NCBI GenBank assembly: GCA_964525635.1
Contig: CAZGJX010000002.1
Coordinates: 1-64,000, forward strand
Direction of reading: 5' to 3'
Source of the DNA: an uncultured archaeon
Lineage (GTDB): Archaea > Asgardarchaeota > Lokiarchaeia > Sigyniarchaeales > SOKP01
Length of the DNA stretch: 64,000 bases
The position numbers and the translations under genes were made by a program. Positions within the stretch are counted from its first letter, which is position 1. Each line of letters starts with the position of its first letter. Below the pieces are notes generated by a model. It saw only the letters and a list, made by a program, of their open reading frames with translations, was not told where the DNA came from and searched no databases. Shown here in pieces: positions 40,503-50,428 of the stretch.

Positions 40503-41765
40503 TCATAATGAATAACTTTGTTTTGAATATGTTTTATCAGTAAATATAAAAACATCTTCATTATTGATTTCTTCTGGTGTCTCATTTAATTTTATTTTAA
40601 TTGATATCATTTTATCTTTTATACCTCTTGGGCTTTTATTAACCTTTTTCCCTTTATATTCTATATAATCAACTTTTTGATGTATATAAGTGTCATTATG
40701 TTTCCCCATAATAATTAAATCATTATTCTTTTCAAAATATCCATTATCTAATATAATTTCAACAAAATTTGTCTGAGGATTATAATTCTTTATTCTCCCC
40801 ACTTTTATATATCTATAATGAGATAAATTATATGGATAATTATGCTGATGATCCTCTTCAGTCGCTTTTTTAAAGTAAAAGCCTGTAGTAAATCCTCTAT
40901 TATATACCTTTTTTAATTCAGTTACCCATCTTTTAGCTTTAACTTTAGTAAATGTATTATTATAGAACTCATCAATTGCTTCTCTATAAATTTTGGTGAC
41001 AGTTTCCACATAATGAGGATGACGCATCCGACCTTCTATTTTAAAAGCATCCACTTTAGATCTTATTAAATCTGGGATATAGGCGATTGTGCATAGATCT
41101 CTCGAATTCATAAATCGAATTCCATCATAAAGGTATTCATTATTTTTATCATCTCGTACCCACCATTTTCTCCGACAAGGTTGTATACAATTACCTCGAT
41201 TTGCAGATTTTTCTGAAGTCCCACAAATATCTTGAGAAAAATAGCATCTTCCACTAATGGAGGCACACATCGCTCCATGAATAAAAATTTCTATTTGTGT
41301 AGAACTTAAATTTCTTTTAACTTCCTTAATTTTCTGCAATGATAATTCCCGCGCTAAAACAATACGTTCAGCACCTAATTTTTCATAAAATCTAGCGGAT
41401 AAAGAATTGGACACATTACATTGTGTTGAGATGTGAAATGGTATTTTAATTCTTTTTGCAATTTCTATAGCAGCAATATCATGAACAATTATGGCATCTA
41501 CTCCAACTTCTTTTGCAGTCCTAATTATTCTTTCTAATTCCTGAATCTCATTATCATATAATAATATATTAGTTGTAAGATATGATTTCATTTCATGTTT
41601 TTTACAATAATCTACAATTTTATCTAAATCTTTTAAATCTATATTATCAGATCGCATTCTCATATTAAATGATCTGACGCCGAAATATACAGAATCCGCA
41701 TATTTGGTTGCTGCTTTTATTGCTTTTAAATTTTTAGCGGGAGCTAGTAATTCAACTTTCTTCAT
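40503..41765 (-). CDS. Peptidase U32 family protein (putative Fe-S RNA hydroxylase, TrhP/RlhA-like)
   Basis: ELLAPA, HISTQ, LAREL, EIFIHGAMC..SGRC..NRGNCIQPCR, KIEGR. Confidence 0.9.
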   Translation of the reverse strand: MKKVELLAPAKNLKAIKAATKYADSVYFGVRSFNMRMRSDNIDLKDLDKIVDYCKKHEMKSYLTTNILLYDNEIQELERIIRTAKEVGVDAIIVHDIAAIEIAKRIKIPFHISTQCNVSNSLSARFYEKLGAERIVLARELSLQKIKEVKRNLSSTQIEIFIHGAMCASISGRCYFSQDICGTSEKSANRGNCIQPCRRKWWVRDDKNNEYLYDGIRFMNSRDLCTIAYIPDLIRSKVDAFKIEGRMRHPHYVETVTKIYREAIDEFYNNTFTKVKAKRWVTELKKVYNRGFTTGFYFKKATEEDHQHNYPYNLSHYRYIKVGRIKNYNPQTNFVEIILDNGYFEKNNDLIIMGKHNDTYIHQKVDYIEYKGKKVNKSPRGIKDKMISIKIKLNETPEEINNEDVFIFTDKTYSKQSYSL

Positions 41766-41860
41766 TCTTTATAATATTATTTATATCGAAATTAATATCT
41801 TTTTGTACTAAATCTAATAATAATTCTAATTTCTATCTAAAACTTAAATTGAATATAACT

Positions 41861-42294
41861 TCACATATCAAAATTATATTTCCAAAAAGTAAACATTCCC
41901 GCTCCAAATTCTTCATTTGGTCTCTTAATAAAACCAAGTTTTTCATAAAATGGTTCTATATTTTTCGATGCTAATAATCCAATAGTTGCTAATGGGGATA
42001 CATTTTCTTCAATAAAATTCATTATTTTTTTCATTATTATTGTATACCTGTACCTCTTTTTTGAAATTTAGGTAAAACAATTACATCTTGAATATAATAG
42101 GCTAATCCTTCATCTCCAATTATTCGTCCCATACCAATGATTTGATCTGCTTTTTCAACGCATATAAAATATATCGGATTATTAAGTCGCTTTTGAGTTG
42201 GAATTTTATCCAAAATTCGCCAATTGACAGCTTTACGGAGTGTATGATATTCTTGAACCGTTGGAATTCTTTCTATCAATGAAAAATCTACCAT
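41861..42294 (-). pseudogene. GNAT acetyltransferase, frameshifted
   Basis: IGMGRIIGD..YIQDVIVLPKFQKRGTG, then a frameshift near 42040; continues as MKKIMNFIEEN...EPFYEKLGF...GAGM to a stop at 41861. Confidence 0.85.
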
Positions 42295-42477
42295 ATTTCT
42301 TAAAAATATTTTTAATTTATTATAATTTTTTTGAATTTATAGTAGATAGAAATTATTTTATATGGATTTCAAGGAAGACTTTATAACTCATCTTTTTCAT
42401 TTATTTTTTAAATAGTAATTTTTATTAAACAGTTACTCTTGCTGATTCATTTATAAAAAAATAACCCTCTTATAAAC

Positions 42478-43641
42478 GTGATAGGCCTAATTTTATCCAG
42501 ATTTGATCAAACAATAGGACCTTTAGTTATTCTTAAATCTCCAGAAGATTTGGAAGATCAAATCATGCAAAAGTTTTCATCCCTAATGGATCTTCATGAT
42601 AGTGGATTTTTTATTCATACTTTTGATACTTATCAGGGAGTAAATCGTATCTTTGAAATACCTAGTGTATATGCGAGAGGTAATAGAGAAATCCTCCAGA
42701 TTTCAATGATTTTTGATATTGAAAGCAAAATTGATAATGATTTCATTAGAGATATTTTAGAAAAATTTATGGTAGCAATTAAAAATATTGAAGATTTGTA
42801 TATAGCGTTTTATAATGAATCAGATCTATTTATTGAAAATAAAAAAAAAAAGGAAGAATTAAAAAATTTATTTCATACATTCTATGAGTCTGCAAAATCT
42901 GCATTAGGAGCAATTAGGAATGTTGAACTAAAATATCAAACTTTATTTGAACGAGCAAGAGATGCAATTGTTATTTTTGAATTAAAAACTGGTAATTTTA
43001 TTGATATTAATCTAGAAGCTGAGAAAATCTTGGGAGATAATAGAGAAACTATTTTAAATTCAAATATCATAAAATTTTTTGCGATAAAGGATTATGAAAA
43101 TTTTTATAACAATATTTTAAAACTGATTTCTGATGGAAAAATAGAACTTATTGAAATGGATATTATTAATATTAAGAGGAAAAGGATATCTGTTGAAATT
43201 AGTGCTAGTAATATAAAAATAGGAGACCAAAAATTTATACAACTTATAATAAGAGATATTTCTAAAAGAAAATTATTAGAATCAAGATTAAAAGAACGGG
43301 TAAAAGAATTAAACGCTTTATATGGAATTACTCGATTAATAGAAATTGATAAAATATCATTAGAGGTTGTTTTAGAGGAAGCAATAGAAATTATAAAATC
43401 TGCTATGGAATTTCCGGAATTATCATGTGTAAGAATCCTGTTTAATGAAAAAAAATGGATTACTGATAATTTTAAAGAAACTCAATGGAAGATCTCAACT
43501 CATATTCAAATTGAAATGAATATATTGGATATAGAAGTTTTTTATTTAGAAGAGAGGAAAATCCTTGGGGAGAAACTAGAATTCATCTATGAAATTGCAG
43601 AAAGATTAAAAGTCTTACTCAAGAATAAATTACATGAGTAA
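42478..43641 (+). CDS. Longin/uDENN-like N-terminal domain + PAS + partial GAF-like sensor protein
   Basis: LILSRFDQTIGP N-terminus; KYQTLFERARDAI...IIRDISKRK PAS; ERVKELNALYGI coil. No kinase domain. Confidence 0.75.
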   Translation: MIGLILSRFDQTIGPLVILKSPEDLEDQIMQKFSSLMDLHDSGFFIHTFDTYQGVNRIFEIPSVYARGNREILQISMIFDIESKIDNDFIRDILEKFMVAIKNIEDLYIAFYNESDLFIENKKKKEELKNLFHTFYESAKSALGAIRNVELKYQTLFERARDAIVIFELKTGNFIDINLEAEKILGDNRETILNSNIIKFFAIKDYENFYNNILKLISDGKIELIEMDIINIKRKRISVEISASNIKIGDQKFIQLIIRDISKRKLLESRLKERVKELNALYGITRLIEIDKISLEVVLEEAIEIIKSAMEFPELSCVRILFNEKKWITDNFKETQWKISTHIQIEMNILDIEVFYLEERKILGEKLEFIYEIAERLKVLLKNKLHE

Positions 43642-43844
43642 TTATTAATTTGTTTTTTTTTTTGGAGATTTGACCTTTATTAACATATTTTATTTTGCTA
43701 TAAGTTTGAGTCTATATTAGGTTGCAACACCTTATATTAAATGTTTTCTAAGTATTTAAGCATATATATTTATAGAGTTATTTAAACAAATCAGTTATAG
43801 GATTTTACAAAATTTTTAACTATGAAATATTTTTATTAAATCTC

Positions 43845-44650
43845 ATGATTAATTATTATGAAAAATCAAATAAAGAACTCTGGAATAAAATTACCGCAAC
43901 CCATGTTAAAGCTTATGATATCCAACCTTTTAAACAAGGTAAAACTACGTTAGATGAGATTCAACGAGGTGAACTTGGAAATGATAAAGGAAAAACCTTA
44001 CTCCATTTACAGTGTAGATTTGGTTTAGATAATCTATCATGGGCTAGAGAAGGAGCTATAGTTACAGGAATCGATTTTGCTGAAGGGGTTATATTCGAAG
44101 CAAATAAACTTAAAGAAGAATTAGATATATCTGCAGAACTTTTTCCTTTAATATCTATAATATTCGAAAATACATTAGTCATCAATTTGATATTGTTTAT
44201 ACATCAAAAGGAGAGTTAATTTGGTTAAAAAATTTAGAAGAATGGGGAAGAATTATTTATGATTATCTTAAACCTGGGGGTATTTTTTATATATTTGAAA
44301 CACATCCAATAATCCATATATTTGATGATGAAATATCTGATTTTAAAATAAAATATTCTTATTTTCATTCCAACGATCCTCGTGAATATGAGGATTGAAT
44401 TGATTATGCAGATAAGTCCATAAAATTAGATATAAAAACTTATGAATGGCAATGGTCATTAAGCGATATTATCAACTCACTAATTAAAGCAGGATTGAAA
44501 ATTAAAATCATAAATGAATATGATAAATCATTTTTTAGAAATTTTCCCGGTATGATTAAAATAAAAGGAGATACATGGTATGAATGGTGGTATCACCTTA
44601 ATATTAAAGGAAAAATACCTTTTACTTTTTCTTTATTGGCCCAAAAATAA
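43845..44650 (+). pseudogene. Class I SAM methyltransferase pseudogene
   Basis: LLHLQCRFGLD..VTGIDF; frameshift near 44145; continues as FDIVYTS..LKPGGIFY..HP; in-frame TGA at 44396; ends IPFTFSLLAQK. Confidence 0.87.
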
Positions 44651-44673
44651 AAATTATTCAATTATTTTTGTCA

Positions 44674-45282
44674 TTAATTTTTTCTTAATTTAGGAAATAA
44701 TGCTCCAGTTCGCTTTTGATACTCTCTATATTTATCACCAAATCGTCTTATTAAATCTTTTTCTTCATAATGAATCATAATTGGAGTATAGAAAACAATA
44801 AAAATTAACGATATTATTGCCAAAAACCATGAATTTAAAAAAAAACCTAGAGCAATATAAATCGGAAATTCTCCAATAGTTTGAGGATGTCGGATATAAT
44901 TATATATTCCCCCATACATTTCTGTCTCTTCTGAAGGAGAAATTGTTTCTGATCCTGCATCTAATACCCCCTTAATCATGATTATAAAACATGGAATAAA
45001 AATACAAATAGCTATGAGAACACCTATCCAAATATTTTGACTTATAATCCATTCATCAACCATAGGTAGAGGATACCAAATCCATAGAATAAAATTGAGG
45101 ATGGAGATAAATTCAAAAATACTTGATAAAGCCCGAAGATTCTTACAATATTTCCAAGCTTTATCTCCTAATTTTTCTGCTTTTTTCATAGGTTGAAGAC
45201 TAAGGATATAAATATACCCTAATAAGAAAAATGATATTAACAAAGAAATGAAATTCAATATTCTGATAATCATTTGAATCAA
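44674..45282 (-). CDS. ICMT/PEMT-family membrane methyltransferase
   Basis: GIYNYIRHPQ, EEKDLIRRFGDKYREYQKRT; multiple TM segments. Confidence 0.88.
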   Translation of the reverse strand: MIQMIIRILNFISLLISFFLLGYIYILSLQPMKKAEKLGDKAWKYCKNLRALSSIFEFISILNFILWIWYPLPMVDEWIISQNIWIGVLIAICIFIPCFIIMIKGVLDAGSETISPSEETEMYGGIYNYIRHPQTIGEFPIYIALGFFLNSWFLAIISLIFIVFYTPIMIHYEEKDLIRRFGDKYREYQKRTGALFPKLRKN

Positions 45283-45584
45283 TTTTATAATATTTTAAGA
45301 TTATTTTTTTTAATCATTTAAAGTAATTTAATGCTATTATAAATAGTCTAAAAGAATGGAATTATATGGTGTAAGTTATACATTACTAAAAAAAAGTTAC
45401 AAAAGGAATAATGACAAAACCGATCTCTGTCATTCTTTCTTCAAATATTTTAACATTTTTCATAATTGTTTTAAAATATCATAATTTTCCATTATAGTTT
45501 GTTTCATAGAAATATAAAATATTTTCATAAAACCTTATAATTTTAATTCATTTTTTAAAAATGACTCTTTAATTAAAAAGATTA

Positions 45585-47015
45585 ATGATTAAAATGAATA
45601 GAGAAAAAGAAGACTTAGTAATAATGAAATTTGGTGGTTCATGTTTACAAGATATTGAATCTTTTTCACAAACTACTGAAATAATAAGAGATTATCTTAA
45701 AAGTTCGAAATTAATTATAGTTACATCAGCTTTTAAAGGTATAACAGATAAACTTATTAATTTTTATAATAAGTCTTGTGGGGATGGATCAGAATGTAAT
45801 GAAATCATTGATGGAATTAATACAATTCATAAAAGATTTATTAATGAAAATATAGAAAGTGATAAAAAAGAATATAAAAAAACTATTGACTTTCTAGAAG
45901 TAAACATAAAAGATCTAATCCAATTGGGCAGAGTTGTACGCTTATTACGACCAAGTTTGGATATTCAAGATTTAATTATATCTTATGGTGAAAAATTAAG
46001 TACTTATATTGTAAATCAATATTTAAATTCAATCAATATTAGATCTCAATTTGTCTCTTCAGATGAAATAATTATTACAGATGATAATTATAGTAATGCT
46101 CTACCAATATTAGATGAAACAGAAAAACTTGTTCAAGAAAAGATCGTTCCACTCATTAATTCTGAAAAATATGATATTATTTCAATAACTGGATTTTATG
46201 GGTCAACAAAGGATCAAAAAATTACAACTCTTGGTAGAGGAGGTACCGATTTAACAGCTGCAATTATGGCATACAGTTTAACTAACCATTACAAATGTAA
46301 AGTGATATATTGGAAGGACGTTCAAGGTTTTTTGGATGCAGATCCTAGAATTGCTAAACAAGCCTCTCTTTTAACTCAAATATCATATATAGAAGCAAAA
46401 GAACTTGCTTTTTTTGGATCTAAAGTACTTCATCCATTATGCTTAGACGTAAATGAAAAAGGAAATATTCCATCCGAAATACGTCCTTTTAATGAACCAA
46501 ATTCGAAAGATTATACTACTATTACAAAAGAAATTATAAAGGGAGAACAAATAGTAAAAGCTATTACTTCAATCCAAAGATTAACAATGGTAACAATTGA
46601 AAGTGGTACTATGATTTCTCTTCCTGGTACTGTAGCAAAACTTTTCAATTTGTTAGCTGAAAGCAATATTAATATAAAGTTTATTTCTCAGAGTTCCTCT
46701 GAAAATAATATTACTATTGGTATAGACTTCGAAGATTCAATGAAAGTAAGTTATTTATTGAGGAATTCTGATTGGTTTGGAAAACAATGGTTTAGTATAA
46801 AAATAGATAATGATATATCATTAATCGCTGTTATTGGAGCAGGTATGTTACATACGCCGGGAATTGCAGGTAAAATATTTACAATACTTGGTAATAATAG
46901 AGTAAACATAAGAGCAATTTCCCAAGGATCTTCTGAATTAAATATAACTATTGTTATTGAAAGAAATGATTGTATAAAGGCTGTAAATGTGTTATACGAA
47001 GCGTTTATTAGTTAA
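45585..47015 (+). CDS. lysC: Aspartate kinase with two ACT domains
   Basis: MKFGGS, SYGEKLS, TTLGRGGTD, DADPR, FGSKVLHP, ISQGSSE. Confidence 0.95.
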   Translation: MIKMNREKEDLVIMKFGGSCLQDIESFSQTTEIIRDYLKSSKLIIVTSAFKGITDKLINFYNKSCGDGSECNEIIDGINTIHKRFINENIESDKKEYKKTIDFLEVNIKDLIQLGRVVRLLRPSLDIQDLIISYGEKLSTYIVNQYLNSINIRSQFVSSDEIIITDDNYSNALPILDETEKLVQEKIVPLINSEKYDIISITGFYGSTKDQKITTLGRGGTDLTAAIMAYSLTNHYKCKVIYWKDVQGFLDADPRIAKQASLLTQISYIEAKELAFFGSKVLHPLCLDVNEKGNIPSEIRPFNEPNSKDYTTITKEIIKGEQIVKAITSIQRLTMVTIESGTMISLPGTVAKLFNLLAESNINIKFISQSSSENNITIGIDFEDSMKVSYLLRNSDWFGKQWFSIKIDNDISLIAVIGAGMLHTPGIAGKIFTILGNNRVNIRAISQGSSELNITIVIERNDCIKAVNVLYEAFIS

Positions 47016-47110
47016 GAAAAATCTATTATTCCTCAAATAATAGTTTATTTTTAGGAATTTAGAATAATTAAAAAATAAATAAAAAACAGATTTTTTTTCT
47101 GTTTATCTAA

Positions 47111-48349
47111 TTATTTGAAGAAATTTTTGAATTTGTCGTTTCCTAAATTAACACGAATTTCTTTTCTTTTTTCTAAAGGTAAATTCTTTTTTAAAGCCTC
47201 ATTACATATTTTTTTTCCGATATTTACTTTTGGATTATTAGCCCAATTCACATCCAATAATAAACATAAATAATAAACACTAGATTGTATAAAAGCGATT
47301 AAATTTCCTATTCCTTTCGCATCAGGATTATCTATAGTAATTATACCTGAAGGTATTTCTTCTTCAATTAATGCTTGAAAAGTAGCATCTGCTTGATAAT
47401 CTACTACGTTTTGTCCAGACTTTCCTTCAATATATTCAATAGAGGACTTAAGTTCTAGATCAGGATACTCATTATTAACTTTATAAAGTATTGGAATTAT
47501 AGCTCCTTTAGTGCCTCCTAAAATATATTCTAAAACAGAGTGTTGACATAATGGTGCTTCTTGATATGCTCCCATCAATCCTTTATCTTCTTTTCCAGAA
47601 CTCTCTGAGATTTCTTGAACCAACAATCCTACGCTTCCTTCTAGGTTTTTAGAATATGGCATAGAAAATACAACCTTATATTCTTTTTTGTATAAATTAT
47701 ACAAAAATGAAGCAAATTCTGTACTTGCATTTCTATTCAAATCCATATATATATTATAACCTTCTTTTAATCCTTGTAGAAAGCTATTAATATTAATACC
47801 AGAAAGATATGCAGGAACAATTCCAACATTAGTAATTGAACCAGCAAATCTACCAGATAAATCAGGAACTTCTAAAATAGGGGCATTGATATTCTCTAAT
47901 AATTCCTTCATAGTACCTCGTGATGAAAGACCTAGAAATTGATATCCTTTTTCTAAAAAAATCCCAATTGTAGCATTAACATCAAGAGTTTCTCCACTTC
48001 GAGAAATTGGAATAACTATAGAATCTTCTGAATTTGTTTCTTCTAAACATTTGAGCAATTCTATTGATCTTGAACTCGTTATAGGATAAAACTTCTTTTT
48101 AGATAAATGACATATGGATAACATTGTCTGAATTGATCCACCAGTTCCAAGTACTATAATATTCTTTATTTCATCCTTTAAAAATGGATTTGACATTTTC
48201 TTAATTTTTTCAAAATCAAGATACGAGTCAATATCGATGAAAAAAGGAGCATCCCATTTTTCTTTATTTTTCTTTATACCTTCAATATTATCATTAAATA
48301 ATTCGTCATTTATTTTTGGATAATATTCAAAGGTTAAACCTAAATTCAC
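47111..48349 (-). CDS. pgi: Glucose-6-phosphate isomerase-like SIS-domain protein
   Basis: VLGTGGS, ISRSGETLD, SGRF, QEISESSGK, QH, PKVNIGK. Confidence 0.75.
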   Translation of the reverse strand: MNLGLTFEYYPKINDELFNDNIEGIKKNKEKWDAPFFIDIDSYLDFEKIKKMSNPFLKDEIKNIIVLGTGGSIQTMLSICHLSKKKFYPITSSRSIELLKCLEETNSEDSIVIPISRSGETLDVNATIGIFLEKGYQFLGLSSRGTMKELLENINAPILEVPDLSGRFAGSITNVGIVPAYLSGININSFLQGLKEGYNIYMDLNRNASTEFASFLYNLYKKEYKVVFSMPYSKNLEGSVGLLVQEISESSGKEDKGLMGAYQEAPLCQHSVLEYILGGTKGAIIPILYKVNNEYPDLELKSSIEYIEGKSGQNVVDYQADATFQALIEEEIPSGIITIDNPDAKGIGNLIAFIQSSVYYLCLLLDVNWANNPKVNIGKKICNEALKKNLPLEKRKEIRVNLGNDKFKNFFK

Positions 48350-48534
48350 ATTATCACCAAATTCCGTAAATGATTTTTTTATTATAATTATGAATCTTTC
48401 TTTAAAATTTTAAATTCTAAAAAGTATAATAAATTTCGGCTCTAATTTTTTAAATAATCTTGAATGAAAAATTAAATTTGATAAGAATCATTTATTAGTT
48501 TAAATATAAAGAATAATTAATTTTAACCTTTAAA

Positions 48535-48894
48535 ATGTCTGAAGATCAATTTCAACATTTATTGCATAATATTTTTGATAATATAGAAGGAGTCAGGTCC
48601 GCAGCAATAGTCTCACAAGAAGGTCTTGTTGTCCATTCCATTTTAGAAGAAGGTATTTCTGAAATAAAATTAGCCGCAATGACTGCTACAATTCTTTCTG
48701 TTGCTGAAAAAGTTCTTCATGAACTTAAATCAGGAATTCTTGATGTTTGTATTGTACAAGGAGATGATGGGAATTTTTGTGTCATGGAAGCAGGACCAGA
48801 ATTAATAATTGCTGTATGTTTAAATATAGATGCTCGTATGGATACTTGCTTCATAGAAATGAGAAAAGTCTCAGAACAAATTAAAAATATATAA
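48535..48894 (+). CDS. Roadblock/LC7 (MglB/LAMTOR-like) protein
   Basis: IEGVRSAAIVSQEGLVVHS, LAAMTATILS, VQGDDG. Confidence 0.92.
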   Translation: MSEDQFQHLLHNIFDNIEGVRSAAIVSQEGLVVHSILEEGISEIKLAAMTATILSVAEKVLHELKSGILDVCIVQGDDGNFCVMEAGPELIIAVCLNIDARMDTCFIEMRKVSEQIKNI

Positions 48895-49065
48895 ATATTG
48901 TTTTTTTATACAAACCACCTTTTACTTCACTTATTTATTAATGAGTTATTAACTTTAAATAATTAAAAATCTGAAAACTTGAACTCTATTCTATTTAAAA
49001 TAACTTACAATCATAATATAATTAAATAAAACTATAAAAAATACACCAAATATATGTGATATCTT

Positions 49066-50301
49066 TTGGCAAAAACAATGGAAGTTAGTAATAATGGAAG
49101 TATTGAAATGGGTGAACCATATTATTGTAAAGAGTGTGGTAGAACTCATCAGAAAGGAAAGATTTATCAAGATCATTTTAAATATGCTCAAAATCAAGAA
49201 AATATAGAAGAAAATAATGAAATCGAAGATTATAATGAAGATATAGAGTCCGAAGATATTGATGATATTGATGATATCGATTATGATCAGGATGAAATCC
49301 TTGATGATGATATTGATGAGGAATATGTTGAAAATGAAATAGATGAAAGGACTTTAGATGATTGTATAGATGAAGTCAAAGGACTTCCTGGAGTAGGGGA
49401 TGCAACTTTAAAAAAATTAATTAAAGCAGGTTTTACAAGCCTTGAATCTATTGCATACACACCCCCTTCAATAATTCAAGAAGATAGTGGTTTAGGAGAA
49501 AAAACTACTGCTACTCTCATTAAAGCTTCTATGAAAAAATTAAACATAGGATTTAAATCAGCTCAAGATTTATGGGAACATAGAAAAAATATTACGAGAA
49601 TTTCTACAGGGAGTCAGGAATTAGATAATATTTTTGCAGGAGGAATCGAAACTGGATGTGTTATTGAATTCTTTGGAGAATTTAGAACAGGAAAAACCCA
49701 AATTATGCATCAATTATGCGTAAATGTTCAATTACCTCTAGAAAAAGGAGGTCTTGAAGGAAGAGCACTCTATATAGACACAGAAGGTACCTTTAGACCC
49801 GAAAGAATTATCCAAATGGCTGAAGCACTTGATTTAGACTATGATACAGTTTTGAAAAATATAATTTTTGGCAGAGCTTATAATTCAGATCATCAAATCC
49901 TTCTTGCTAAAGAAGCAGCAAATATTATAAAAGAAAAAAATATTAAGTTAATAGTTGTTGATTCTTTAATTGGTCATTTTCGAAGTGAATATATTGGAAG
50001 AGGAACACTCGCCACTCGTCAGCAAACAATAAACCAACATTTACATGATTTACTAAGATTATGTGATATTTATCCCCAATTAGCTGTTGTTGTAACAAAT
50101 CAAGTTCAAGCAAAACCAGATGTATTTTATGGTAATCCCATACAAGCTGCTGGTGGTAATGTTATTGCTCATGGTTCAACTATAAGAGTTTATTTAAGAA
50201 AAGGTAAAGGAGAGCAGAGAGTAGCAAAAATGATTGATGCTCCTCATTTACCGGAAGGAGAAGCTGTTTTCAGTATAACTGAAAATGGTATTTCAGATTA
50301 A
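49066..50301 (+). CDS. radA: DNA recombinase RadA with N-terminal Cys/His motif and acidic tract
   Basis: LPGVG HhH, GFKSA (FxxA), [29 protein letters not shown]. The start codon is uncertain. Confidence 0.96.
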   Translation: MAKTMEVSNNGSIEMGEPYYCKECGRTHQKGKIYQDHFKYAQNQENIEENNEIEDYNEDIESEDIDDIDDIDYDQDEILDDDIDEEYVENEIDERTLDDCIDEVKGLPGVGDATLKKLIKAGFTSLESIAYTPPSIIQEDSGLGEKTTATLIKASMKKLNIGFKSAQDLWEHRKNITRISTGSQELDNIFAGGIETGCVIEFFGEFRTGKTQIMHQLCVNVQLPLEKGGLEGRALYIDTEGTFRPERIIQMAEALDLDYDTVLKNIIFGRAYNSDHQILLAKEAANIIKEKNIKLIVVDSLIGHFRSEYIGRGTLATRQQTINQHLHDLLRLCDIYPQLAVVVTNQVQAKPDVFYGNPIQAAGGNVIAHGSTIRVYLRKGKGEQRVAKMIDAPHLPEGEAVFSITENGISD

Positions 50302-50428
50302 TAAATATCTTATTTTTAATTATTATTTTTAAAATTCTAAATTAGTTAAAATATAGAATTTTTAATACAATTACTAGATGTTTTAGAATGGATATATAAA
50401 ATTAAAAAAAATTAAAAATAAAAATTAG

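Noticed and set aside
29701-44398. In-frame TAA/TGA codons (29701, 31744, 32272, 44396) as selenocysteine or stop-codon recoding
   Set aside because: They are of mixed types, occur in genes that also have frameshifts, are not at evident catalytic Cys positions, and intact genes here use TAA and TGA as stops.
44674-45282. ICMT-like gene as part of a CaaX prenylation pathway for the GTPase
   Set aside because: The GTPase ends IIDIL with no Cys, no prenyltransferase is in the window, and the family is widespread in prokaryotes.
45283-45584. Leader peptide or riboswitch upstream of aspartate kinase (hairpin aatgaca..tgtcatt at 45410-45434)
   Set aside because: The stem is only 7 bp, the short ORFs show no clear Thr/Lys/Met/Ile enrichment above AT background, and there are no lysine-riboswitch features.
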